Of a stretch of DNA of 64,000 nt, positions 19,890 to 29,184 are shown in pieces; position 1 is the stretch's first letter, and every line of letters starts with the position of its first letter. A model generated the notes under the pieces. That model had not been told where the DNA came from. It saw nothing but the letters and a program-made list of their open reading frames with translations, and made no database searches. Location: the IMG/VR virus record IMGVR_UViG_3300027834_000005, positions 62,001 to 126,000 of that record, one strand, 5' to 3'. Made by a program: the position numbers and the translations under genes.

Positions 19890-20192
19890 GTGAGTACTCT
19901 AACTGAACATAGGTCTCTGACTTATCACTATTTCGGTGATGATGACGGGAATATACATGGTGAATATAAGGGCTGGTGTGATGACGGTACACAAACTGTG
20001 CATGCATTATACGTCCATGGAAAAAGACATGGTGAGTACAAGAGCTGGTATAATGATGGGGATTTAAGCACCCATTGCATATACGTTCATGGAAAAAGAC
20101 ATGATGTGCCTTACATCGATATCTTATCTGATGAAGACAAATTCGAGCTATGTCTCATACATGGACATATGGAGTTCTTACCCAATACATAA
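19890..20192 (+). CDS. Tag-array protein, MORN-variant class
   Basis: HGEYKSWY; LSDEDKFELCLIHG. Confidence 0.85.
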   Translation: MSTLTEHRSLTYHYFGDDDGNIHGEYKGWCDDGTQTVHALYVHGKRHGEYKSWYNDGDLSTHCIYVHGKRHDVPYIDILSDEDKFELCLIHGHMEFLPNT

Positions 20193-20550
20193 CCCACTCT
20201 TTCGTACTTTTTCGTACCTGATTTTATTATATACGGACATTATCTTTGCTAAAACAGGGGTAAAAAGTACGAAATGAGTTTATGTACGAAGACCCTGAGC
20301 GCTCTGTATTGCCATATAAGCCACCCAAATAACATACCAACCCAATGACACCTCTATCCCAGTAACGACGCCACACAGAGCTTATATAAGCATTCCCTTT
20401 GGTACATTAACTTATATATAAGTGCAACGCTTTTTTGCCCAAAACACACCCACTTTTTTTCTTACCCCTCGACGTGCGTGTCTCTCTTGTAAACAAATTG
20501 AAAATAATGTATACTCTCCTACATAAATTACCATTAGTGACGCATATCAA

Positions 20551-20862
20551 ATGAAGCTAACAGAACACATAACAGACACTTGCCACTTCTTTAAAGATGA
20601 AGAAGGAAGAACTCAAGGCGAATACATATCGTGGTATGATGAAGATAAACAGCAATGTAGTTGTCATTGTTTCTATAAGGATGGCAAAGCTCATGGAGAA
20701 TATTTATCCCTGTATTTTGATGGGAATATCGCATCACACCTTATCATCGTAAATGGCATCGGCACTTCTGAATGCCCTGACAATCTCACAGAAGAAGATA
20801 AGTTTGAGATATGTCTAAAGTATGGACATATGAAATTCCTCACTAACAACTGGAATACGTAA
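20551..20862 (+). CDS. Tag-array protein, MORN-variant class
   Basis: LTEEDKFEICLKYG. Confidence 0.85.
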   Translation: MKLTEHITDTCHFFKDEEGRTQGEYISWYDEDKQQCSCHCFYKDGKAHGEYLSLYFDGNIASHLIIVNGIGTSECPDNLTEEDKFEICLKYGHMKFLTNNWNT

Positions 20863-21230
20863 TGGATATCAAAGATATAAAAGTAGGCGATATCATCTAC
20901 TACCAACAACTACCTGGTCGCCCACTAGAAACACACAAGGTAGTAGAACTCCGCATGAACAAAAATAAACCCACTGTATGTGTACGTTACGCAGAAGATG
21001 GAGGACATCGCTCTCTCATCACAGAGAAAGAATATGATGAACTCAGAGAGAACGGTAGACTCATCACAGACAAAGAAGCACGAACTAATTTTTCCGATGA
21101 AGAACTATTCCAAGCTGAGCTAGCAGGAGACACACCACAACTCATTACCAAGTACTTGGAAAACAAAGCCAAAGCATTCGATGCACATCTCATACACAAG
21201 AGCACATTGCCATATGCCCCAGATGAATGA
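20862..21230 (+). CDS. Tag-array protein (GD..Y subfamily)
   Basis: VGDIIYY; SDEELFQAELAGD. Confidence 0.8.
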   Translation: MDIKDIKVGDIIYYQQLPGRPLETHKVVELRMNKNKPTVCVRYAEDGGHRSLITEKEYDELRENGRLITDKEARTNFSDEELFQAELAGDTPQLITKYLENKAKAFDAHLIHKSTLPYAPDE

Positions 21231-21576
21231 TTACTATAGCTTACAAGTGGGAGATGAGTACTACTACCCCATAGGACACCACCCACTAAAAATCAACACG
21301 TGGACCGTAGAACAGATACCAACGTCCCCACAAGGAGGCACTACATACGTGAGAAGAGATTTCGATAAGGTACGGTCTGCCATATCTCTACCCAACTGGA
21401 TGTCTCTAGTGGCAAAAGGAAACATCGTCACAAAGAAATACCTCATAGATATGGTGGGGGAAGAAGAACTCTTTCAACACATACTAGCCGACACTCTTAA
21501 AGACCTACTACTCATAGCGAAGATACAGATGATAGAGGAAGGCAAGGATACGATACGTAAAGGAATAATGAGATGA
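21223..21576 (+). CDS. Tag-array protein (GD..Y subfamily)
   Basis: VGDEYYYP; GEEELFQHILAD. Confidence 0.8.
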   Translation: MNDYYSLQVGDEYYYPIGHHPLKINTWTVEQIPTSPQGGTTYVRRDFDKVRSAISLPNWMSLVAKGNIVTKKYLIDMVGEEELFQHILADTLKDLLLIAKIQMIEEGKDTIRKGIMR

Positions 21577-21878
21577 CCAAGCACATACCCGATAAAGACT
21601 CATCTCTATATGGCGTGCAAGAGGGAGACAAATACTACTCCATAAGAGAACATGAAGCCAACCTATGGATTGTACACACCGTACGACAAAGACATATATG
21701 CATAACTAATGAAGGCGATGACAAACTAACCCTCACTAAAGATAGCTGGTATACGCTCATAGCAACACAAATCATGGTAGCACATGAAGACTTAATACAT
21801 GCGTACGGAGAAGAAGCACTCTTCCAACACCTACTAGCTGATACCCTATTAGAACTACTAACTCTATATACTGATTAA
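21573..21878 (+). CDS. Tag-array protein (GD..Y subfamily)
   Basis: EGDKYY; GEEALFQHLLAD. Confidence 0.8.
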   Translation: MTKHIPDKDSSLYGVQEGDKYYSIREHEANLWIVHTVRQRHICITNEGDDKLTLTKDSWYTLIATQIMVAHEDLIHAYGEEALFQHLLADTLLELLTLYTD

Positions 21879-21889
21879 TAGGCAAGAAG

Positions 21890-22186
21890 ATGAATCTAAC
21901 TGAACATAACACTCCAAGTAGAAGTCCATGCTTCCACGACGAGAATAGAAACAAACAAGGTCTGTATTCGCGTACTTTTTTCACAGGAAAGGAAGCCGCA
22001 CGAGTATTCTACCTTGATAACTATGAACATGGTGAAGTGAAGCGCTGGTGCGTTAACGGAGATGTACTTGAACATGCCATCTATGTACGTGGGCACGTAG
22101 TTAAAGACCTCATGAACGACATACTCACTGATGAAGATAAGTTCCTACTGTGCCTAGAACATGGACACATGGAATTCTTATCATAA
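21890..22186 (+). CDS. Tag-array protein, MORN-variant class
   Basis: LTDEDKFLLCLEHG. Confidence 0.85.
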   Translation: MNLTEHNTPSRSPCFHDENRNKQGLYSRTFFTGKEAARVFYLDNYEHGEVKRWCVNGDVLEHAIYVRGHVVKDLMNDILTDEDKFLLCLEHGHMEFLS

Positions 22187-22227
22187 ACATATACCCCATG
22201 TGTATACTCTACTAAAACGCCATAGGA

Positions 22228-22292
22228 GAATGGGAAATATGAATGGCATATTTGAGTGGCATATTTGAATCCCATTATTGAATCTCACCCGT
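22228..22292. repeat. 13-bp-period repeat array, copy 1
   Basis: gaatgggaaatat gaatggcatattt gagtggcatattt gaatcccattatt gaatctcacccgt. Confidence 0.75.
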
Positions 22293-22549
22293 AGAGAGAA
22301 ACCCATATGCATATACATACCCACACACGTATATGGAAACTAATCCTATTAAACATTATTGTTAATGATCCTTGACACTATAGGGAATAAGTTATATAAT
22401 AGATACACAATAAAGAAACGGGATCTCCTCACTTATTCTTATTGTATAGAGCATAGACACATCGCCAGTACCCTTGGATATAATGTCCCCGTAGTACGTG
22501 TCTATGCTCACCACCTATACTGGAATTCATCCCTATACATGTAAGTGGC

Positions 22550-22800
22550 CCTATATACGAAAAACATGGCTATAGCTGAAAATGTATCTATATGGGAAAA
22601 TCATGGCTATAGCTGAAAATGTGTGCTATACTGAAAAAACCATCTATATACGTAATTGTCCCTATAGGGGGAAATCATGGTCAAACTGGAAAGTTGCCCT
22701 ATAGTGGAAAAGTTACCTATAGTGCCCCTTAAGGGGAAATCATAGTCAAATTGGAAAAGTTGGTCAAAACTGAAAATTCCATTTTAGCTGGAAAATTTTT
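22550..22800. repeat. Degenerate ~18-19-bp repeats with phased GAAAA tracts (island left boundary)
   Basis: catggctatagctgaaaatgt at 22565 and 22602; GAAA(A) recurring about every 18-19 bp; non-coding. Confidence 0.7.
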
Positions 22801-22834
22801 ATTGAATGCTAAACGTAATGGTAATACGAATCGT

Positions 22835-22980
22835 AATACGAATCATTCTCATTTGCGCCTGTAAACCGTAATGCGAATCATTCTCATTCTCATCTATAAC
22901 TATCAGGCAGGAGTGGTGTTTATCTCCTCGGTTATCCCAAGCCATGTAAGTATTATACCTATCCTCACGTAGAGTGCAAG
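22835..22980 (-). ncRNA. Non-coding cassette A (promoter, ACACCACTCCTG core, 2 Fur-like boxes)
   Basis: -10 at 22952-22957(-); core 22908-22919; Fur-like boxes 22835-22853 and 22870-22888. Confidence 0.55.
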
Positions 22981-23004
22981 CATTTATTTGATATAATTTC
23001 AGAT

Positions 23005-23023
23005 AGTAATGATAATGATTATC
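23005..23023. promoter_or_regulatory. Fur box
   Basis: AGTAATGATAATGATTATC, 16/19 match to GATAATGATAATCATTATC. Confidence 0.55.
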
Positions 23024-23252
23024 CCTTAGTCTCTGCGATTACTCTAGTGTCGATATTATGCATAATATCGTGAGCGGTGGCAAGGGATATATACACTATT
23101 ACATGAGTACTTGTCCCCATAGTAGTTTTTATATAAGGAGATGATTCTGTATCTTTGGGTATTACCAGAATATTATTCTCATCATGCATACTGCCCGTCA
23201 TAGGTTTGTTGCTGTATACGCGCTCTGTTGATGATTCGTGTAATAGTTTCAT
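23019..23252 (-). CDS. Hypothetical early protein
   Basis: RBS AAGGAG; own promoter (duplicated at 23676-23730). Confidence 0.7.
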   Translation of the reverse strand: MKLLHESSTERVYSNKPMTGSMHDENNILVIPKDTESSPYIKTTMGTSTHVIVYISLATAHDIMHNIDTRVIAETKG

Positions 23253-23315
23253 GGTTATCTCCTTGTCTCTAAGTTGAATATGTAGTATAGTGTATCCATA
23301 TAAGAAGTCAAGGGT

Positions 23316-23501
23316 TTATTCTAAAGAATCATAGTTTAAATTACTGAGGTCGTTTATCACGACTAAGAGCAGAGATAGCTGCGCGTCTATTCTGTTATAG
23401 TTTTGACTACCAGCCCTACACTTACTCAGTCTTATCTCTAAGTTGCTAATTGTTTGGCGATAGTCGTTGATTAGGTCTTGTATAGACATAGACGATTTCA
23501 T
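23316..23501 (-). CDS. Hypothetical early protein
   Basis: ATGA-coupled to upstream gene. Confidence 0.65.
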   Translation of the reverse strand: MKSSMSIQDLINDYRQTISNLEIRLSKCRAGSQNYNRIDAQLSLLLVVINDLSNLNYDSLE

Positions 23502-23665
23502 GATTTAAACCCACTGAATGCTTCTAGTTCTTCTCTGAATGCTCTCTTAGAGTCGTCGTCGTGATACCCTTCATCCATGCCCATGCATATGCCATGATTG
23601 ATACATGCCCATACCATGTTCTTAAGGGCCTCTTGTGCTTCTTCTGATAGTTGGTCGTAGGTCAT
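23498..23665 (-). CDS. Hypothetical early protein
   Basis: Start MTYDQL after AAGGA RBS and promoter. Confidence 0.7.
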   Translation of the reverse strand: MTYDQLSEEAQEALKNMVWACINHGICMGMDEGYHDDDSKRAFREELEAFSGFKS

Positions 23666-23875
23666 GATAATGTCCTTGTCTCTAAGTTGAATATGTAGTA
23701 TAGTGTATCTATATAAGAAGTCAAGGGTTTTATTCAATGTATTTCATATTAGAGGCAATATCTATTATTGTCGTTATAGCATTAGTAACGGCTTTATTAT
23801 GTATTATATGGCTTTAGTTGTTGACACTGTAGTTATGGTGTGTATACTGGGTGTATATTAAATAAGGGGATAGCT

Positions 23876-24205
23876 ATGGCTATTGTAGTTAAGGCAGACC
23901 AGAAACTGTTAGATCGTCTTAAGGACGCTTCTGAACATGATGCTGTATTTGATGAGCTAACAGCTAAGAGTAACGCAATTGATCCTAGTGATAGCATTGT
24001 GGGTGCGTTCCTTGCGTTTTACATGGGTGATGGCTATGCCTATTACTTATGTACTAGCGAATCTCCATTAGAAGTACAGCATATCCCTTTATGGGATGAA
24101 TGGGAGATAAACGTTAAAGGGTTTGATAAGCAATACCTTACGCAGAAAATAGTTAATGAGCGTAGAATTAATGCTCTTAAGTCTAAACAAACCTTGACAT
24201 TGTAG
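23876..24205 (+). CDS. Hypothetical early protein
   Basis: Repeated leader tatactgggtgtatattaaataaggggatagctATG. Confidence 0.75.
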   Translation: MAIVVKADQKLLDRLKDASEHDAVFDELTAKSNAIDPSDSIVGAFLAFYMGDGYAYYLCTSESPLEVQHIPLWDEWEINVKGFDKQYLTQKIVNERRINALKSKQTLTL

Positions 24206-24248
24206 TTATACTCGCTATACTGGGTGTATATTAAATAAGGGGATAGCT

Positions 24249-24572
24249 ATGGCTACCGACATTAAAGTAATACATATGAGTAATACCTCTGGTGGGTATA
24301 ATAACACTACGGTAAAGTCTGCCACGGACAATGTAACGCCTTTAGTGGTTGCTACACGTAAGTATATCATTACCTCTACGTTATTAGAAGCATGTAACAG
24401 TGACTACTCCCCTGTAACGTTTAAGGCTGAAGTATGGAACGATAGGCTATCGGAGTGGAAAGATGTATATTACTTGCATATTACCCATGAGCGTGCTACT
24501 ATGTCTGTGGATGATTTTGTATCTAAGCATACTAAAGAAATAGAAGATATAATGCTTGCTATTTTGTTTTAG
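24249..24572 (+). CDS. Hypothetical early protein
   Basis: Same repeated leader. Confidence 0.75.
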   Translation: MATDIKVIHMSNTSGGYNNTTVKSATDNVTPLVVATRKYIITSTLLEACNSDYSPVTFKAEVWNDRLSEWKDVYYLHITHERATMSVDDFVSKHTKEIEDIMLAILF

Positions 24573-24612
24573 TGGGTTATACTGGGTGTATATTAATTAA
24601 GGGGAGAATCCC

Positions 24613-24801
24613 ATGCCACAGAAAATATCTTTTGGTACAGCCTTGATACTAGGTTTCCTAGGTCATCAGTTCGGTATGTCCGTATTACAGTTAGGTGCTA
24701 TCATTGTATTAGTTGCTGTTATAGCTACGGCTAGTTATGTACAGGGATTGCGTGAAGGTGATAAGATGGGTGCTGGTCGTATTAGACGTGGTGAAGGCTA
24801 A
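24613..24801 (+). CDS. Small membrane protein
   Basis: Two hydrophobic segments. Confidence 0.7.
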   Translation: MPQKISFGTALILGFLGHQFGMSVLQLGAIIVLVAVIATASYVQGLREGDKMGAGRIRRGEG

Positions 24802-24950
24802 TGTCTGATTGTGAACATAGTGATGATGGTGGAAAAACAACGTGTAGTGATATGTATAACTGCTGTAGTTGTGGCGGTAATGATTGTGGCTGTCGCTATT
24901 GTTTTGATTGTAATGCATGTGAAGAATGTTTAGGGGATGATGATGAGTAA
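24801..24950 (+). CDS. Cys-rich metallothionein-like peptide (49 aa)
   Basis: MSDCEHSDDGGKTTCSDMYNCCSCGGNDCGCRYCFDCNACEECLGDDDE; TAATG coupling; below ORF-track cutoff. Confidence 0.65.
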   Translation: MSDCEHSDDGGKTTCSDMYNCCSCGGNDCGCRYCFDCNACEECLGDDDE

Positions 24951-25233
24951 AAGAAAAATGTTATTAGCTGGTGTTATAGCTGCTAGTGTTATGTTAGTGG
25001 GTTGTAATGATGTTATTAGTATATCACCTGAAGCTATAGAACTAGTTGAGCCTGTATGTGATACGAATGATGGTGTGTTTAAATATACCATTGAAGAGAC
25101 TAGTACCTATAACTATGTGTCTGTTACGTGTCTTAACAATGCTAATTTTAATCGTGTGGCGTTTTATAACAGTTCTAATGAACCGGCTTATGCGCCAGTA
25201 TATAAATACTTAGCGGATAAAAAACAAGAATAA
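24937..25233 (+). CDS. Putative lipoprotein
   Basis: Lipobox LVGC after hydrophobic leader. Confidence 0.7.
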   Translation: MMMSKRKMLLAGVIAASVMLVGCNDVISISPEAIELVEPVCDTNDGVFKYTIEETSTYNYVSVTCLNNANFNRVAFYNSSNEPAYAPVYKYLADKKQE

Positions 25234-25246
25234 GGAAAGGGTAGTC

Positions 25247-25354
25247 ATGGAATGGCTTGATTCTATAAGGGATGTTGAATGGTTTATAGGTGCTATCTTA
25301 GTGGCATGTATAGTTGTGCTTGCGAATTACTTCGGGAGAAGTGATGATGATTGA
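25247..25354 (+). CDS. Small membrane peptide
   Basis: MEWLDSIRDVEWFIGAILVACIVVLANYF; paralog of next gene. Confidence 0.55.
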   Translation: MEWLDSIRDVEWFIGAILVACIVVLANYFGRSDDD

Positions 25355-25487
25355 TTGGCTAATGAGCTTGCAAGATGAGCATTGGTTCTTTATAATAATG
25401 GGAACTGTGCTGTTTGTGTTGTTACTTAGTGGCAGTGAGACATTATTTGGCTCTGAGGAGACGCATGACGAGTTTCCTGATGTATAG
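25347..25487 (+). CDS. Small membrane peptide
   Basis: MIDWLMSLQDEHWFFIIMGTVLFVLLL. Confidence 0.55.
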   Translation: MIDWLMSLQDEHWFFIIMGTVLFVLLLSGSETLFGSEETHDEFPDV

Positions 25488-25549
25488 AGGGTGATTGTAT
25501 GCCTGAACGCATAAAAGCCCTTACGGGCTATTGTGGGGCTTCTGAGAGG

Positions 25550-25750
25550 CTACACGACTACATTAGATAAGTCTCTCATGTTATCTAATACATCTTCAAG
25601 GGATTTATGTGGTAGGATGGTTCTATCATCTGCTTGATCTTTTAATCGCATTGATGCTTCTACGCATTCAGCATAGTCTTTACTTTTATGGATAGCAAGT
25701 CCATCATGCATTATCTTATACGCTATCTCTGGTTGTATTGAAGTAGCCAT
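25550..25750 (-). CDS. Hypothetical protein
   Basis: Coupled - strand trio. Confidence 0.65.
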   Translation of the reverse strand: MATSIQPEIAYKIMHDGLAIHKSKDYAECVEASMRLKDQADDRTILPHKSLEDVLDNMRDLSNVVV

Positions 25751-25956
25751 TATGCATTATCCTTGCGGTATTGTTTAAGAGCTTCACTATACATACGTGC
25801 ATAGGTATAGTCAACATTAATGTTAGCAGATTTTTGGAATAGCAGTTCACTTTCATCTTTAGTGCCATACTTCCATGCTTGCACTTGCCATGTGTTTGTG
25901 CTTTCCGCAATCTGTTCAAAGATAATACATACAAATCCAATTCTATAATAAAACAT
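25750..25956 (-). CDS. Hypothetical protein
   Basis: Start MFYYRIG, TAATG coupling. Confidence 0.6.
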   Translation of the reverse strand: MFYYRIGFVCIIFEQIAESTNTWQVQAWKYGTKDESELLFQKSANINVDYTYARMYSEALKQYRKDNA

Positions 25957-26168
25957 TATGCTTCGTCCCATTCTGATAAGTCTTGTGTAGTGCCATCTAA
26001 GAAACCCAATGCATCTTCCAACGTACACTGTACCGTGAGCTTACCATCAAAGCTATTCATGATACGCATTTGTTCTGTAGCTTCTTCTGCGTGCTGCTCA
26101 CCATGGTGCTGAGTTAAGCCAACACGGATAGACACTGCTGATTCTGTATGTTCTCTTGCCTTAGACAT
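25956..26168 (-). CDS. Hypothetical protein
   Basis: RBS AAGGAG, divergent promoter. Confidence 0.7.
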   Translation of the reverse strand: MSKAREHTESAVSIRVGLTQHHGEQHAEEATEQMRIMNSFDGKLTVQCTLEDALGFLDGTTQDLSEWDEA

Positions 26169-26299
26169 GATGTTCTCCTTAGTTATACCACCTATAATAC
26201 CTACTCCTCACTTGTTGTCAACAACTAAATTAAATTAATATATTACTTGACTATGTATAGGGTACGTATATAATGAGAATCAAATTAAAGGAGAACACC

Positions 26300-26527
26300 A
26301 TGAAGCACATATCCGATTTCAATATTACTGAGGGTGACTGTACATTCCCAGACGCCAAAGCTATCCTTGAATATGTAAATGTGCACGGGGTAAACTCTGT
26401 TAGTACTGAAGCATACGAACTTATCTCTTGTGCTGACTGTGGCGCAGAGATGGACGGTGGCTACCCTAACGATTGTTTCGGTACTACTCATGGTTGGTGC
26501 GGTGAATGCGAACAAGAGGAAGACTAA
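26300..26527 (+). CDS. Zn-ribbon-like small protein
   Basis: CADC...CGEC. Confidence 0.7.
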   Translation: MKHISDFNITEGDCTFPDAKAILEYVNVHGVNSVSTEAYELISCADCGAEMDGGYPNDCFGTTHGWCGECEQEED

Positions 26528-26697
26528 TGGACGATCACACAGAACTAAAATGTAACACTTGTAATGATAATACAGGTGTGTATTATCAAGACTGCGGTGC
26601 GCCATTCTATCAAATATTCGTATGTTACTCTTGTAAAGAGAAAGAAGTACGCGAAGAAGAAGAACGCCTTGAAGAGGAAGATGAAGATGAAGAATAA
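26527..26697 (+). CDS. Zn-finger protein with acidic tail
   Basis: CNTC..CYSC; EEEERLEEEDEDEE. Confidence 0.65.
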   Translation: MDDHTELKCNTCNDNTGVYYQDCGAPFYQIFVCYSCKEKEVREEEERLEEEDEDEE

Positions 26698-27007
26698 GAA
26701 ACCAATCGTAGGTATAGTGGGCACAAGTAGCATTGGGCATAGTAGTCTAGTCCGCCACATAGGTCAATCTGTCCCTGTAGTAGTGATAGACGATATCGAT
26801 AAGGCTGACTTCTCTAATGAAGGTCTAGCTAGAAAAACTATCGAAGAGTTCTATACACAATCAGGCGATTGCATAAAGCACACGGTTAATAATTGCCAGC
26901 CATGTAAGGTTAAAGCCGTAGATAGATTATCTCAGCGTATAGACTTACATAGTGTAACGCCTAAAGATATGATGAATGCTTTAGAAAAATATAAACATAA
27001 ACGTTGA
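26687..27007 (+). CDS. Hypothetical protein
   Basis: ORF; start uncertain. Confidence 0.6.
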   Translation: MKNKKPIVGIVGTSSIGHSSLVRHIGQSVPVVVIDDIDKADFSNEGLARKTIEEFYTQSGDCIKHTVNNCQPCKVKAVDRLSQRIDLHSVTPKDMMNALEKYKHKR

Positions 27008-27057
27008 CTTTGTATATGTGCCCTGTATAGTGGGGCATAACTTCTGAGGAGAAGAAC

Positions 27058-27456
27058 ATGTATCTATCCAAAAACGTACAATCAGTTACTATTAGTGTTG
27101 ATCCAGAAGACCTGTACATGTTGACGTTGTTTGCTCGTCACTACTGTTTAGCTAAGCATTACGCGAGATCTAGTGGTAAGCGTAAGAATAAAGTTGAGCG
27201 TTTAATTAACAAGAACAAAAAAGTTATCCAGCGTATTATTGGTGAAACACTGGGGGATAGACTGGTGTTAGATACATTCGCTTGGGAATTTAAGAACAGA
27301 GAAGGATATAAGGGCATATTCAATAAGAGAAGTGTTCATGATGCGTATGACACTGTGTGTCGTTATGAATGGTACATTGTAATCACGTCTGATTTAGCGA
27401 AGCATGGCTATGGTAAACCAAAAAAAGACTTGACTCCTAGCGACACTACTGTATAG
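27058..27456 (+). CDS. Hypothetical early protein
   Basis: Promoter plus GAGGAG RBS. Confidence 0.75.
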   Translation: MYLSKNVQSVTISVDPEDLYMLTLFARHYCLAKHYARSSGKRKNKVERLINKNKKVIQRIIGETLGDRLVLDTFAWEFKNREGYKGIFNKRSVHDAYDTVCRYEWYIVITSDLAKHGYGKPKKDLTPSDTTV

Positions 27457-27481
27457 TGGACTCATCACTAAGGGGAATAGC

Positions 27482-27769
27482 ATGTTATTTAACAATAGAC
27501 GCGGACGTATCCGTGACCATGTAGAAAGTAAAGCTAAGATTATCTCTAAGGCTATTGCTCCTATCAAGGGCGCTAGTGCTATGGAAACGTCTAGTTCTAA
27601 CATTAATGCCTCATCATTCCGCATTTACTGTAAGACTGAAGAGGTAGTTGATCGCGTAGAGAATACATTACGTGGTTTAGCTATTCAGCGTTTGCACACT
27701 AATACCATTCAAGGTACTGGACGTGGCATTGTAGTGTGTGTTACTATTATTACTGATCTTATTCGATAG
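27482..27769 (+). CDS. Hypothetical early protein
   Basis: AAGGGGAA RBS. Confidence 0.7.
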   Translation: MLFNNRRGRIRDHVESKAKIISKAIAPIKGASAMETSSSNINASSFRIYCKTEEVVDRVENTLRGLAIQRLHTNTIQGTGRGIVVCVTIITDLIR

Positions 27770-27777
27770 GTGTAGTT

Positions 27778-28266
27778 ATGCTCAAAGTCATGAAGATGGT
27801 TAAGGTATTGGGGAAAGTACGTGTTCCTTATACTACATACCGTGTACCTTTACTTAAAGGAATCATTGAGGGCACTGTCACTATTGTCAGTGCTGAGTGG
27901 TGTGACCCGTGGAAAACAAAACATTCTGATTTATACGCCAAGCCGAATCTATGTGTTAGCTTTGATGAAAATGGCGAACGTGGTTCATTTAATAATTGGT
28001 GTGCGGTTCAGGATGGCTTTGACTATAAAGTATACCCTGACGGTAAGATAGAAGTAACCAAGTATGAAAGTGGCGGATATCATGGTGGACGTGGTGATAA
28101 GCATTGGGTAGCAGTATTACAGGCTGACCCTAAGATTGTCAAGGAATCATTCGGCTCTAGTATTACCCGTGCATGGCAAAGACATGTAGATGATAAGCTT
28201 TGTGCTATTGAAGAAAAGGAACGTTTGGAACGGCTTAATTCCTTATCTAAACTTTTATTGAAATAG
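27778..28266 (+). CDS. Hypothetical protein
   Basis: 162-aa ORF. Confidence 0.7.
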   Translation: MLKVMKMVKVLGKVRVPYTTYRVPLLKGIIEGTVTIVSAEWCDPWKTKHSDLYAKPNLCVSFDENGERGSFNNWCAVQDGFDYKVYPDGKIEVTKYESGGYHGGRGDKHWVAVLQADPKIVKESFGSSITRAWQRHVDDKLCAIEEKERLERLNSLSKLLLK

Positions 28267-28319
28267 GTTGACACTGCATTCCTCTTAGGTATAATGGATA
28301 CATAACTAAGGGGAACACC

Positions 28320-28742
28320 ATGAAACATATCACTACTCTAGCACCTACTTGCTTCGCAGACATTAGACTGCCTACTACCATTACTTGTTTAGATCAAGAC
28401 TTGGCTACGTTAAAAGCGCAAAAGGATGCTAAGGTAAACAGCTATATGCACCACTGCTTCTATTCATTAGCAGCACGTTTCCCTAAGCGCGACTTCTATG
28501 TTGATCATGGTATGGGTTGTCTCACTGTTGAGATTGTGCCTAAAGGCGCAAAGAAGAGCGAATCCCAAACTATCCTATGTGAGATGCATAGTCAATTTTC
28601 TATAGTAAGGGTTGACGGAACTAAACATTACATGTATGGTAGTAGTCCTCTATTCATTGAACTTAATGATATACTAACACAGTTCGATATGTATGATACA
28701 CATATCAAACCTTTCACTACAGCCGCAGAGCTAAAGGATTAA
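28320..28742 (+). CDS. Hypothetical early protein
   Basis: TTGACA-N16-TATAAT at 28268. Confidence 0.75.
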   Translation: MKHITTLAPTCFADIRLPTTITCLDQDLATLKAQKDAKVNSYMHHCFYSLAARFPKRDFYVDHGMGCLTVEIVPKGAKKSESQTILCEMHSQFSIVRVDGTKHYMYGSSPLFIELNDILTQFDMYDTHIKPFTTAAELKD

Positions 28743-28744
28743 CC

Positions 28745-29152
28745 ATGTCAGAATTCACACAAGAACAGTTAGATATGGCTGTGGCCATGCAAAAACGTGC
28801 AGTATTCATTGGCGACCAGATAATGGTTTTACGCAAGGGCGAAATCTATACAAGGCATGGTCAGTGCTCGGAAGTTGATTTTGAAGATGATTACATTGAA
28901 CTATCCTATGAGTACAGTGATGGTGACCATTTGGGCAGTGTATCGTTAACCATTGAAGACCTCAATGATCCTGACGGTACTGTAGAGAAAGAGCGTGCTA
29001 GTATTGCACGTGAGATTATGCGTAAGGAAGCTGAAGAAGTAGCACTTACGGTTGCTGTTGAATCCGAAGAGCGTGAAAAACGTAAAGCTGAGTATGAGAA
29101 ATTAAAAGCAGAATTTGAGCCGAAATCACTTGACAGCGGTGATGGCCAATAG
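28745..29152 (+). CDS. Hypothetical protein, C-terminal coiled coil
   Basis: ERKAEYEKLKAEF-type tail. Confidence 0.75.
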   Translation: MSEFTQEQLDMAVAMQKRAVFIGDQIMVLRKGEIYTRHGQCSEVDFEDDYIELSYEYSDGDHLGSVSLTIEDLNDPDGTVEKERASIAREIMRKEAEEVALTVAVESEEREKRKAEYEKLKAEFEPKSLDSGDGQ

Positions 29153-29184
29153 TAATATAGTACTCATCAGCTAAGGGGAATGTC

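Noticed and set aside
3-22186. Diversity-generating retroelement or integron behind the array
   Set aside because: No reverse transcriptase, adenine-specific TR/VR pair, integrase or attC sites were seen. Genes overlap at start/stop codons.
1002-22186. Toxin-antitoxin (YwqK-like antitoxin) annotation for the MORN-variant proteins
   Set aside because: The similarity would come from the generic repeat only, and no partner toxins are recognisable.
29-22275. Numerous - strand ORFs in the ORF track opposite the array
   Set aside because: They are shadows of + strand genes, with no RBS or promoters and Ser-rich antisense composition.
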